Shown here: one piece after another, positions 14,871-24,663 of the stretch
Layout: each line of letters starts with the position of its first letter
Numbering within the stretch: position 1 is the first letter of the stretch
Assembly: GCA_018818835.1 (NCBI GenBank)
Contig: JAHIRD010000141.1
Location: 4,608-68,607 of the forward strand
Direction of reading: 5' to 3'
Source of the DNA: Pseudomonadota bacterium
GTDB taxonomy: Bacteria > Desulfobacterota > Desulfobacteria > Desulfobacterales > Desulfolunaceae
Length of the DNA: 64,000 nucleotides
The notes under the pieces: generated by a model
Seen by the model: the letters and a program-made list of their open reading frames with translations, nothing else
The model's database searches: none
Told to the model about the DNA's origin: nothing
Program-made: the position numbers and the translations under genes

Positions 14871-15926
14871 TCAAATATGATCTTTGACCACATGAAAATG
14901 AAGGGTGGATTCTGTGACGGTGCTTTTCCCCATATACATAAATACGACGAGCCAAAGTCCCTGGACTGTCAGAATAACCAGGGGGTTCCACAAAAACAAA
15001 AGCCCTTGGGCAATGTCTGGAACCATGGGGCTGTTTTGCCTGAAGATCAGGGCGATGACAAGGGCGTAGGTTCCAGCGATTATGCCCATGATCTGGTAGG
15101 CGGAAAAAGTGCCTTCTCCCCGGTAATCGGCCCTGAAGAATTCCGAAAAACTTCGCCAGGTCTGGGTGACCCCAAGGGTCAGGACCAGGGCTGTGCCTGG
15201 GTGACCTGCAAAGAACAACCCCAATCCGATCAGGGCTGAAACGGCATAGATCACCGATGTCACTGCCTGAATGGGAAGAACTTTAACACCCTCAAGCCCT
15301 GACGCATAACATGCTTTGCGGGTAGCCCCCCGGTAAATAAAATGGTGCTTTGAAAAAAAACGTTGGAGCAGGGGATGGGTTTCGGAAAGGGCTTTCCCGT
15401 AACAGCATCCAAAACTGACACAGGACAGACGGCCCAAAGATTCACCCAGGCTGTATGAAATGGCAAAGGCGGCAAGCGTCTCTACAATGGGGAACCGAAA
15501 GCCAGGCACAGGTTCAAAATGATTGAATCCACAAATCACCCAGGGAGAGATGAGAATGCCCGTGAACACACTTCCGCCGATGGTGAAGGTGTGTTTCTTT
15601 TTTTCCACGATCCGGGCGATCCATCGGGCAGAGGGCAGGAGGACGGAAAGAAGCAGGGTGATCAGACAAAGGCTTGCCATGATGGGCGTTCCCATAGATG
15701 AACTGAGAATCAAAAACAAAATCACGGCCACGCATACCCCATTGGCAGACAACAGGCCGTACCAGGTGAAATTGACACCCTGGAAAAAACTGTCTTTGAT
15801 CCGTTGTTTGGGCATGGCCGCAAAAATCTGGCGGTTTTCAGCGGTAAGGCGGGTGAAGCCCCAGTACAAATAAAGGGCTGTGAACAGGCCTAAACATAAA
15901 ACAAATAAAATCTGGTAAATCATCAT
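14871..15926 (-). CDS. lgt: Prolipoprotein diacylglyceryl transferase (Lgt) family membrane protein; possibly a paralog
   Basis: Multi-TM protein. LGRLSCVSFGCCYGK aligns with the E. coli Lgt GRLGNFINGELWG block, VLPIQAVTS with LPRHPSQLYE, and WRSFSEFFRADYRG...FSAYQIMGI with FRIIVEFFRQPD...ISMGQILSI (E. coli sequence from memory). Confidence 0.7.
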   Translation of the reverse strand: MMIYQILFVLCLGLFTALYLYWGFTRLTAENRQIFAAMPKQRIKDSFFQGVNFTWYGLLSANGVCVAVILFLILSSSMGTPIMASLCLITLLLSVLLPSARWIARIVEKKKHTFTIGGSVFTGILISPWVICGFNHFEPVPGFRFPIVETLAAFAISYSLGESLGRLSCVSFGCCYGKALSETHPLLQRFFSKHHFIYRGATRKACYASGLEGVKVLPIQAVTSVIYAVSALIGLGLFFAGHPGTALVLTLGVTQTWRSFSEFFRADYRGEGTFSAYQIMGIIAGTYALVIALIFRQNSPMVPDIAQGLLFLWNPLVILTVQGLWLVVFMYMGKSTVTESTLHFHVVKDHI

Positions 15927-15941
15927 CTTCCTTTAATAGTT

Positions 15942-16964
15942 TTAGTTAGCGTCAGGTTTAATACCTTTTCCAATATCGCAACGGACGCATAGGTCCGTTT
16001 CAACCAATGGCTGGCCAAACCCCTTGGTGAATCTGCTTGTAACATCGTGCCGGGCTACGTTTTCCAGAAGATCCGGGCTGAATGTGAAACGGTTCTTCTG
16101 GAAAAGAAGAACCACCGTGGAGCTTCCCGGTCTGAAAAGGCTTTTGGGCTGGCCTTTTCTAAGGGTTTCTCCGATGCGGATCTCTCTGGGAGAATCATAA
16201 GCAACATCGCTGTATTGTTGGACAATATCCCCGATCATCAAAGCAACGATCTCGATCATGGCAACAAGGCCGGCGCCGGTACCTCCCGGGACATCCGTAT
16301 CGATGATGGTCACCACCCGTTTGTTTTTGGAATAGGGCGTCGCCACCTCAATGACGGCTGAGGGATTGCAGGAATGGTAGACTCCCCGGACGCCATAGAA
16401 ATCCATCACCGTCCCGGTGACGGGCATATGGTTGTAATGATATTTGTCCGGTGTCAAACGGAAAATCGCGTAATGCCCCTCTTCAAAGGCCGTGATCCAG
16501 TGTTGGTTTTCTCGTCCCAAAAGGTCTTGAACATCGAAGAATTTATCTTTGATGAAAAAGGTGGCCCCGTGATCCAGTGAGCCCGGTATCATCCTTGAAT
16601 CACAGGGGGAAACCACCTGATGGGGTGAGTGATGCATGGGGCGGGCCGTCCAGTATGTAATTTTTCTTTCAAAAAGTTGGCGGACCGAACGAATCGTTTC
16701 GGGCTCAAGGGCTTCATCCATATTCAGACCCAGGTCCCGGATGATGCGTTGGATTTTCTCCGGCCGGTGATTCAAGGGAAAATCGTAGTTGAAACAGGCC
16801 AGAAGATCCGAGGCCAATGATCCGGTCAAGGATTTGAATAGAAAGGACGCATTTTCACGGATACGGGAGTAGAGCATGCGGACCATCCGGTCTCCCAAAA
16901 GTTTTTCCGTTTTGATTTCACCGCTTCGTCGTTCAATGTATTGGTGGGGGTAACACAGGTCCAT
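15942..16964 (-). CDS. psd: Phosphatidylserine decarboxylase family (pyruvoyl-dependent) protein
   Basis: FRLTPDKYHYNHMPVTGTV matches the L-x-P-x-DYHR-x-H-x-P motif. LFRPGSSTVVLLF contains the G-S-(S/T) self-cleavage site. Confidence 0.75.
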   Translation of the reverse strand: MDLCYPHQYIERRSGEIKTEKLLGDRMVRMLYSRIRENASFLFKSLTGSLASDLLACFNYDFPLNHRPEKIQRIIRDLGLNMDEALEPETIRSVRQLFERKITYWTARPMHHSPHQVVSPCDSRMIPGSLDHGATFFIKDKFFDVQDLLGRENQHWITAFEEGHYAIFRLTPDKYHYNHMPVTGTVMDFYGVRGVYHSCNPSAVIEVATPYSKNKRVVTIIDTDVPGGTGAGLVAMIEIVALMIGDIVQQYSDVAYDSPREIRIGETLRKGQPKSLFRPGSSTVVLLFQKNRFTFSPDLLENVARHDVTSRFTKGFGQPLVETDLCVRCDIGKGIKPDAN

Positions 16965-16969
16965 GGGGC

Positions 16970-19483
16970 TTATCCTTTTGTCACTGTTTTTAATGACAGG
17001 TGGCTTTTTGATTTTTCCCGGAAAGGGGCGGAATGGGTCTGGGTTGAGTCGTCTTTGGCTTTTTTGTCAAAATAAATCTGAAGAATCAAAAGCCTGGCCA
17101 TGGCAAGGATGTCTTTTTCTGAGGCCCTGTCATTTAAAATGGGGTCTTTGATCCGGTTCAGAAAATCCACCGGGCTTTCCGAGCCAAGGATTGAACAGAC
17201 AACATCCTTGAAGACAGGCTCTCGGTAAGTGACCCAGAGTTCCATTTTCTCAATGTCCTGTTTCATTTGGCCCAGGGCCTCCTGGATGTGTTTTGTCCTC
17301 AACCCGTTTCTGTAATAGTCTTCGGCCATGCTGTTGAATTCTTCGGCCGGAATTTTCATGGGGTTTTTGATGGTTTTTTTCTTTTTACGGGAGATGTGAC
17401 CCATAATTCCCTGGCTGAGCTTTGATGAAACCGACGATTCAACATGATGTGTCAGGCGATTCTCAAGATCGGCCATGGTTTTTTCAAGGCCAAGTTCACG
17501 GATCAGCTCTTTTCCATCTTCTTTGAGCATGGACAGAAGACCCATGCGATATTCCTGATTTTTAACCCGGACATATCGGGGATACCGATTGCTTTTTCTG
17601 CTTTTTTTTGTGTGGCTGAGAATGTTCGAAAGAAAACGGTTTGTGCTGTCCATGGAGACGTAGAAGGTCGGTATGCCGATGGCCGTCCCAAAAAAGATCT
17701 GTCGCCTCTCACTTTCCGTGAATGGATCATCGGGGATATCCAGGTGATCGACCTGACCCGTGAGGATGTACTGATAGCACAAGGCCGTGATCAACATCTG
17801 AAGATTGATCGCATGGGTGAGGTCTTCTCCCGGATTGTCGAACATGCTGTAATAGCGACCTTCAAATCCGGAAAAACCCATGTCCGAGTGCTTGCGCATC
17901 CGATACAGAAGGTACATGGGCATTCTCATGTCAAAAATACCCATGTCGTCCAGGTCTTTTTTAAGGCGGGTATCATTTCCCGGGCGTCCGTCCAAAGCCG
18001 GACTTTCATCGGAACTCATCAGGCAGGCAAAATAGTCGATGAGCCTGAAGTCGGGGACCACATCACCTTTAAGGCCGAATATGCGGCTGGTCAGTCGGTC
18101 CACCCATTCGGGACCGAAGGGCGTGAGGGTCCGGCCCAGGATATTTAATGAGGCCTTTTTTTTCCATCGCCGCCATATCATCCGAAGATGTGTGAAATCA
18201 AGTTCATGGGGAAGAAAGCTCAGAACTTTTTCAGGATGAAAATCCTTGAAAGAAAGCCTGTAGGGGGCCGCACTGTAGGTGTTCACAAAAAGGGGGAGAA
18301 AATGTTCGGTGATTTTGATCACCAGATCACCCAGGTATTTTTCATGCTCTGCTGTGAACCCCGAGTTTTTATTTTCAAGGAGACGGGATAGTTTTTTGCT
18401 GCCCAGGCTCACATGGGTTCCGTTATTGGCAAGACTGATGTTGGACATGTTGGGCAAAACCACCAGATTCCGGGTGATAATGCCCGCATTTTTCAGTTTG
18501 GATACCGCATTCATCTGGCTTCGGGAAAGGACACGGTGGCAGAGTCCCATGTATTGTTTTTTTTCCTCGCCTTTATCCCAGCCCGAAAGGCAGGGGCTCA
18601 TGAATAATTCCCGGTAGAACGAATCCGGGATGATGTCATTGATCATTTTCTGACGTACGGGCGGGGTGGCAGCCGAATACGTGAAAACGGTTTGCCCGCT
18701 TTGGTTGAGGCCGAATTTTTTGTTGGCATACTGGGTGAGAATCTGTGTGAGGAGAAACCGTTTCACGGCCTCTCCTGATGCAGCTTCCCCGATGCTTGAT
18801 CCTTTGCTGTGCTGGGCCGTGTAAAAGGAAAAAATTTCAGGGGAGGAGTTATCGTTTAAAAAATGATGCATCAGGCTCTCTCCGGTCACTTTGATCACGC
18901 TGTGGGTGTCCGGCTCAGAGCCGATGATGTCGGCCAGTGACAGTTTCAGAAGATAGCTGACCGGGATGCGGAGCAGGCTCATGTCATCGTCTTTGATGAA
19001 AAAAGTGTGTGCATCACTGCGGCGGGGGGAGTCGGGTTTGGATTTATCGCTCAGAAGATCCTGGTTGAAAACAAGTTTTGCATAAGAGCTTAAACAGGAC
19101 ATATCCAGGCGAACCCAGCTGTTTTCCCAGATCTGGCTGTGATTATTTTCGATAAATTGCCGGAGTCTCTCTTGAAGTGATCTGTCATTGTCACCTGACT
19201 GGGCCCGTTTGATGACGTTTCTGTAATAGTTGGAGTTCCTGATCATCCGGGGCAGATCCACCCGGTCACCGGAACCCATGACAACAGTCTGGAATTCATT
19301 TTCAAGTCCTGCTGTTGTGTCGTTTGATGAAAAGGGCAGGGATTTAACAAGATTTTCCGGTGAACTGAAATCAATGCCCAACAAGTCGCAGAGTTGGGAT
19401 AAAAGGGAATTTGAGGTATCATGGGGTGTTTGAATTTTTATTTGAGTGTTAATTAGCACATGAATCCTTTTCTGAATAGACAC
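16970..19483 (-). CDS. Large (837 aa) cytoplasmic protein of unknown function; first gene of the psd/lgt-like operon
   Basis: Long uninterrupted ORF, 5 nt from the downstream psd-like start. No signal peptide or TM segment, and no motif I can assign. Confidence 0.6.
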   Translation of the reverse strand: MSIQKRIHVLINTQIKIQTPHDTSNSLLSQLCDLLGIDFSSPENLVKSLPFSSNDTTAGLENEFQTVVMGSGDRVDLPRMIRNSNYYRNVIKRAQSGDNDRSLQERLRQFIENNHSQIWENSWVRLDMSCLSSYAKLVFNQDLLSDKSKPDSPRRSDAHTFFIKDDDMSLLRIPVSYLLKLSLADIIGSEPDTHSVIKVTGESLMHHFLNDNSSPEIFSFYTAQHSKGSSIGEAASGEAVKRFLLTQILTQYANKKFGLNQSGQTVFTYSAATPPVRQKMINDIIPDSFYRELFMSPCLSGWDKGEEKKQYMGLCHRVLSRSQMNAVSKLKNAGIITRNLVVLPNMSNISLANNGTHVSLGSKKLSRLLENKNSGFTAEHEKYLGDLVIKITEHFLPLFVNTYSAAPYRLSFKDFHPEKVLSFLPHELDFTHLRMIWRRWKKKASLNILGRTLTPFGPEWVDRLTSRIFGLKGDVVPDFRLIDYFACLMSSDESPALDGRPGNDTRLKKDLDDMGIFDMRMPMYLLYRMRKHSDMGFSGFEGRYYSMFDNPGEDLTHAINLQMLITALCYQYILTGQVDHLDIPDDPFTESERRQIFFGTAIGIPTFYVSMDSTNRFLSNILSHTKKSRKSNRYPRYVRVKNQEYRMGLLSMLKEDGKELIRELGLEKTMADLENRLTHHVESSVSSKLSQGIMGHISRKKKKTIKNPMKIPAEEFNSMAEDYYRNGLRTKHIQEALGQMKQDIEKMELWVTYREPVFKDVVCSILGSESPVDFLNRIKDPILNDRASEKDILAMARLLILQIYFDKKAKDDSTQTHSAPFREKSKSHLSLKTVTKG

Positions 19484-19929
19484 TGTTTAGAGTTTTTAAC
19501 CGCTGCCTTAATTCGCTCAGGGCATCATGACTATGCCTTTGAATTGTTTGGATATAATGAGTGTTATGATATGGTTGTGTTAAGTCGTATTAGGGATGTG
19601 AAAATGATGGTTGTCATTTAAGGGTACATAAAGCCTACAAGATGACACCCATTGAAAAAAAATTGCGACGGGGTTCCATTCATTGATCCTCATAAAGAAT
19701 GTGTCGGATCTGCCTTAATCACTGAAATTAAAAACAATGTATACAATTGGTAACGGTGTGCGTTTAACATTCGGATAAATAAAATTGGTCGATTGGTGAA
19801 AGAAGCTTGACAGATTCCGTGATGTTAATTATTTCAAATAATATTCAGACTATACTTGAAATAATCATGCTCAGAAATGTATCGATGATCATCGTGTATT
19901 AATTTGAATCGAGCCCCTGGTAAGATGTC

Positions 19930-19944
19930 TGGCATCCCGTTTGC
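19930..19944 (+). promoter_or_regulatory. Candidate sigma-54 promoter of giant lipoprotein gene 1
   Basis: TGGCATCCCGTTTGC has GG-N10-GC spacing and lies 54 nt upstream of ATG 19998. Confidence 0.45.
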
Positions 19945-19997
19945 CCTGACAACGCAAGATGGTAACAATTAAATTCAATTTAGTGGTGGAGTTGAAT

Positions 19998-22900
19998 ATG
20001 AAAAAGCATTTATTGATATGGATAACGGCATTTTGTATTGGCCTTATGTTGACTGCATGTGGAACAATGACGGAAAATACGGATGAAGAGGTTGATGAGT
20101 TCCAGAGTAATGGAACCCTGGATCCGGAAATCTACGCAAACTTCAAACTCCTTGAAGTATTTGACGGAAGGGGAGCCCTGGAGGAAATCTGGGACAGCAT
20201 TGATGCCAAGCAAACCAACCCCCGCCTGGAATGCACCGTGGACAAGTATCCCGATGATTTTGTGACCTTCTCCAATGTGGCTGCTGGGATTCTTCGTGCC
20301 GACAGCCAACCTGTTGCCGGCATGTTGTCATCGGAAACGGCGAGTATTATCGGGCGCATTCAGGATGAAAGCCCGGCTTTTATGGACAGCCCTCCGGATG
20401 TCGGAGCCTTTTACACCAAGGGCACGGATGTTTATGCAGATGACTTTTATAGTTTTCTGGACAAACTCTGGGAAGGGGATCAGAATCCGGGTGATCAGGC
20501 CATGGCGGCCATTGCCAGCAAGGTGGTGAGCCGGATTCTGGCTAAAAAGACCGCGGCGGATATTCTTGCCGACATGCAGGAACTGGTTGATGATATCCTG
20601 GATGCCGATTTTGACAGGGATTTCAATGATCTGGCCTCTCTTCTCGGCAAGCTGCTTATCCAGGCAGACTATCCGCTCTGGGTGGATGCTGAAGGACATC
20701 CTGTGAGCAGGGATGCCATTGATCCAACACTGGATACCAACCTGGGCGTGGGAAATGCCGTTGAAGGCATGAACACCTTTGTAAACTGGTTCAATAAATT
20801 AATGGCCAATGCCCAGTCACGGGAACTTCTCTACGGTGTGATCCGTGAGTCTGTGAAAATGTTCGATCCTGATCCCGACTCCCCGAACAGCGAAAAAGTA
20901 AAAGCACTGCTTCGGAATCTGGAAGACCATTTTACAAAAGGCGGATCGGTTTACGAGTCCAACCCCCTTTACAAGAGTGCGCCGGATGATCCCACTTACA
21001 CCGATACGGAACTCGGGCAAACTGTCCGTGAATTCATGCCTTACCTGGCCCAGCTTCTGGCCCGGTCGGACCGGCCCATTTCCCTGGTCAAACATGATGA
21101 GGGTGAGGAGCCTGTGTATCTCTTGAGGGAGATGGTCCATGCCTTGAAGAGCGTCGGCTATGATCCGGATGCCCTGAACATGGAAGATTCCCTGACGATG
21201 ATGATGCAATACGACCTTCTTGGGCGTGATAGGACTGACAAGGATTCCGGAGCTTTCCCGGCATCATTCCTTGAAAGTATGATGTTTCTAACCTGTGCCA
21301 CAACAAATTTCGGATTTGCTGACGGTGGGCACACAGGGGAAACCACCCAGGTTACGAATCCCACCACCCAGCACGGCCACGGAGCATATCTGGAGGCTTT
21401 AACGCTCAACGATTCACTGATCAGCATGACCACGAACAAGACCATGGGGCTTCTCGGGATTTACGATATTTCATTCATGGCAAATGACAAGGAGTACATG
21501 TCCCGGAGTCTGGTGCCGTTCACCACGGATAACCGGAGTGACTATCAATTTGATTTTAATCAGGACTACGCTATTTTAAAGGCCCTTCCCACGAATTGTT
21601 CCGGAGATCTGGGTACACCGGACGGGGGGAATCCCAACGGTGTGAGTCCTGGGAAAAATATGTACACGCCCTATAATCCCACAGGCATTGGCGAAACCCA
21701 GCTGGCGGCATGGACGGTGAACTGGGTGGTCCGAAGTTGCTTCGGGGGAGAAGGACCTTATTACTATGCCGACCCGAATGCGGAAACCGTTACGGTGAAC
21801 GGAAAAGAATATTCTAAATTTTTGCGTCCCGACGGCCGTGTTTATGCCCTTGTCAATATGGCCACCGATCCCTGGGAATATATTTATCCCACAGACGGAG
21901 ACAGGGATGCCGAAGATATGGAAACTGCGGCTCTTGCCGATTATAACGGCCAACGCCAGCGTTTGAACCGGTTTAAATCAACCTGGCATTCGGATTATTA
22001 CATGTACCGGAGGAATAATCTGATCCGGACGGTGGACAACAGCAGCGGAAATTTTACAACCGTGGCATTGAGAGACGGAGACGCGGCACAAAGGCTTACC
22101 TATCATGAACTGATTCCCGAAGATGACCGGACCCATGTGCGAGCCTGCGCAAGTCCTGAAGAAGCATTTTTCAGAAACTATCAGTGGGTTTACATGGAAA
22201 AGAAAATGGTCTTGATCATTCCCCAGAGTTTGAGCCTCATGGGGCTTGGCTATGGCCATGTGTTCATGGTCCTGGAAGCCAATGGCTGGTCTGGACTTGC
22301 AAATATGAGGATTTTAGAAGAAAACCATGTGTGGGCCAAACAAAAAACCGATGGAATCTCGGATATCCCGGGTGATTACCGGGTTGAGTTGAAAGCCGAC
22401 ATGACAGCCATTACATCCGTTGCCGTAAACACAGGCTCTGTTTACAATGGAACATTGGGCAGGGGACATTCCACGCCGGCCATTGTTGGAAAAAATCTTC
22501 CGGCACTCTATCGGCTGGCCTTTCCTATCAGTCCTGAGATGGACCGGGGCAATGGTGTGATCGATGTTGAACTGGGATCCCGGGAATTTGAGGTGGGGGA
22601 TGAGATATGGCAGCGACGAAATGCCGTTGCACCGGCCTTTGTCTCATTGCTCTACGCCATTGATAAACACCGGGTACTCTATCCGGATTTTGACCCGTCC
22701 TCCCTGCAAAGCGGCATTCATGGTAACTTGAACAACCTGGTTCCCCTGATAAAGCCTTTGATGTTTTATGCAAAAAACGGTGAGGGGAACATTCCGCCAT
22801 ATGATGTCTGGAAAGTTCGCGTTCAGTCCGCACCCAACAGTGAAGATTGGGCTGGAGAACCCTATCTGAGACCCAGCATAGGCTTTTCGGGCAACCAGAG

Positions 22901-23999
22901 GTGGGATGGAACCGATGATGAATGGACCTATTACCAGCCTGCTGTGATGAAAAACTTTATCAATGTCTTGATTGACAGTGATATCATGGCATCGGTGACC
23001 CAGGGAAAACGCATGGACGGGATTCTGCCTGTCATGGCGGAAAACAGGGCTGTGACCAATCTTTTTAAAATTTTGATGAGCGATATCAACGATACCAATG
23101 AGCTGTACAGTGCTTTGGAGCAGATCACCGGGGCCGTAAAATACACCGAAGGCCAGTTGACAGCAATCAACCGCCCGATGGATTCAGCCAAGAAACTTTC
23201 CTTCCCCGACTGGATGTTCGCCCAGGGAACGGGTGCCGACGAATTCGGTTTTTATACGGAGTTTACAGGTGTGCGCCCCGAGGATATCATTCTTGACATC
23301 GGTCTGGACCGGCTTGTGGGCCATAATTCTTTTGATGATGGTGTGGAACATGAGGGCTATGGCCTTGCCTACTATGTGGATGACCAGGAAGCATTAAGCT
23401 GGGCTGATTTTGACAAGGATGTGGATGCCATGGAGGATTTACTGCATCCTGACAGTGAATACAGCATCGTGGAGTCCTTCATCGATATGCAGGATGCCAT
23501 CTTTGCAAGGGATTATCAGTATTCACAGGATCAGGTGGCAGGTCTCTTGTATACCCTGGGAAAGGTCTTTACCCGTTTTGATCATGACCAGAGTCGGTGG
23601 GTGGTCCAAGGGGAAGCCGGTTTTAATGATCTATACTCCATTTTAAAGCAGAGGGTCCCGGTTATCCACGATATGGTCAAGGACGAGACCGGAGCCAATT
23701 ATTGGTCCTTTATGAAAGTGAACAAGGACATGCTTGCCCAGATAAACGCGTGCGAATCCTCCAATGGAATGATGCCCTACCTTCTGAGTGCCATGAGCAG
23801 CGACGATGGGGCAGAAAAGATCATGACCGATTTCCACACCTTTTTGATGGATGACATCGTGTCCAAACCCGCCCCATTGTGGACCACTCTGGCTGATCTT
23901 CTGGCAGACATGGCCCAGGCCGTGGATAACTCCAATGAAGGGGAGCTGGTTGAAAAGGTTTTCGAGTCCTATGGGTTCCAGCGCAACGGGGATTATTGA
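19998..23999 (+). CDS. Giant lipoprotein (1333 aa), unknown function; paralog 1
   Basis: ATG at 19998 lies 7 nt after GGAG. MKKHLLIWITAFCIGLMLTAC carries a lipobox (LTAC). Acidic, no recognisable domain. Collinear with ORF 24664..28740 along its whole length; both end ...YGFQRNGDY. Confidence 0.85.
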   Translation: MKKHLLIWITAFCIGLMLTACGTMTENTDEEVDEFQSNGTLDPEIYANFKLLEVFDGRGALEEIWDSIDAKQTNPRLECTVDKYPDDFVTFSNVAAGILRADSQPVAGMLSSETASIIGRIQDESPAFMDSPPDVGAFYTKGTDVYADDFYSFLDKLWEGDQNPGDQAMAAIASKVVSRILAKKTAADILADMQELVDDILDADFDRDFNDLASLLGKLLIQADYPLWVDAEGHPVSRDAIDPTLDTNLGVGNAVEGMNTFVNWFNKLMANAQSRELLYGVIRESVKMFDPDPDSPNSEKVKALLRNLEDHFTKGGSVYESNPLYKSAPDDPTYTDTELGQTVREFMPYLAQLLARSDRPISLVKHDEGEEPVYLLREMVHALKSVGYDPDALNMEDSLTMMMQYDLLGRDRTDKDSGAFPASFLESMMFLTCATTNFGFADGGHTGETTQVTNPTTQHGHGAYLEALTLNDSLISMTTNKTMGLLGIYDISFMANDKEYMSRSLVPFTTDNRSDYQFDFNQDYAILKALPTNCSGDLGTPDGGNPNGVSPGKNMYTPYNPTGIGETQLAAWTVNWVVRSCFGGEGPYYYADPNAETVTVNGKEYSKFLRPDGRVYALVNMATDPWEYIYPTDGDRDAEDMETAALADYNGQRQRLNRFKSTWHSDYYMYRRNNLIRTVDNSSGNFTTVALRDGDAAQRLTYHELIPEDDRTHVRACASPEEAFFRNYQWVYMEKKMVLIIPQSLSLMGLGYGHVFMVLEANGWSGLANMRILEENHVWAKQKTDGISDIPGDYRVELKADMTAITSVAVNTGSVYNGTLGRGHSTPAIVGKNLPALYRLAFPISPEMDRGNGVIDVELGSREFEVGDEIWQRRNAVAPAFVSLLYAIDKHRVLYPDFDPSSLQSGIHGNLNNLVPLIKPLMFYAKNGEGNIPPYDVWKVRVQSAPNSEDWAGEPYLRPSIGFSGNQRWDGTDDEWTYYQPAVMKNFINVLIDSDIMASVTQGKRMDGILPVMAENRAVTNLFKILMSDINDTNELYSALEQITGAVKYTEGQLTAINRPMDSAKKLSFPDWMFAQGTGADEFGFYTEFTGVRPEDIILDIGLDRLVGHNSFDDGVEHEGYGLAYYVDDQEALSWADFDKDVDAMEDLLHPDSEYSIVESFIDMQDAIFARDYQYSQDQVAGLLYTLGKVFTRFDHDQSRWVVQGEAGFNDLYSILKQRVPVIHDMVKDETGANYWSFMKVNKDMLAQINACESSNGMMPYLLSAMSSDDGAEKIMTDFHTFLMDDIVSKPAPLWTTLADLLADMAQAVDNSNEGELVEKVFESYGFQRNGDY

Positions 24000-24057
24000 T
24001 GGCGTCGTAAAAAAGAAATTGTGATGGGCAAGCGAATCCTGCCCAATATTTATATCG

Positions 24058-24089
24058 AAAGGGCGGGTAATAACCCGCCCTTTGTTTTT
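24058..24089 (+). terminator. Rho-independent terminator of paralog 1
   Basis: AAAGGGCGGG-taataa-CCCGCCCTTT followed by GTTTTT. Confidence 0.65.
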
Positions 24090-24142
24090 GAAGTACTTCG
24101 CGTTGTGTAGCCGCAACCAAAAAAATAGATCTCTCAAAAAGA

Positions 24143-24270
24143 CACAGCGTGGCAAAGCCACAACCAAAAAGCCTCGTCTCTCACAGAGGCACAGAGATCA
24201 CGGAGAAGAGCTAAAAGCTTGGTAATGAAAGTTTTTCTTTGTGATCTTTGTGCCTCTGTGAGAAAAATTC
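24143..24270. repeat. Family-A MITE-like hairpin repeat, simple form
   Basis: cacagcgtggcaaagccacaaccaaaaagcctcg is followed by inverted arms tctcacagaggcacagagatcac (24179-24201) and gtgatctttgtgcctctgtgaga (24241-24263). Related copies lie at 14355-14659, 33160-33250 and 62635-62735. Confidence 0.7.
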
Positions 24271-24663
24271 TTCCTGTTGTCTGTGAAAGGGACGTACATG
24301 TTATCCACGGTCCCCATGGCCCCAAAATGCTGTCAGATATCCAAATTGTTTTTTTGATGGTAAACCCATGTCATGCCTTTCTTAGTTGTTGAAATCAATG
24401 AACAATGTACACCCAAGATAACGTTGTGAGTTTTGCACGTGTAAAATAAAGTGGGGGGCGTTGTTGAAAGATTCTTGACAGTCGCTTTAATGCCATTTAT
24501 TTCAATATAATAGTTAGATTGTATTGGGTGGGGGCCTTCTTGATTTTTTAGATGATCTCTGTTGTTTTTGCTTGCAAAGTACCTGCGTATGAAGTCTGGC
24601 GCCCCGGATGTCCCGAAATATTAAATGGTAACGTAAGATTCATTGACGAGCTGGAGTTTGAGA

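Noticed and set aside
14596-14991. Track ORFs 14596..14991 (-) and 24134..24325 (-), which share the peptide TEAQRSQRK.
   Set aside because: The shared peptide is a translation of the family-A repeat arm. The first ORF also overlaps the 3' end of the Lgt-like gene. There are no RBSs.
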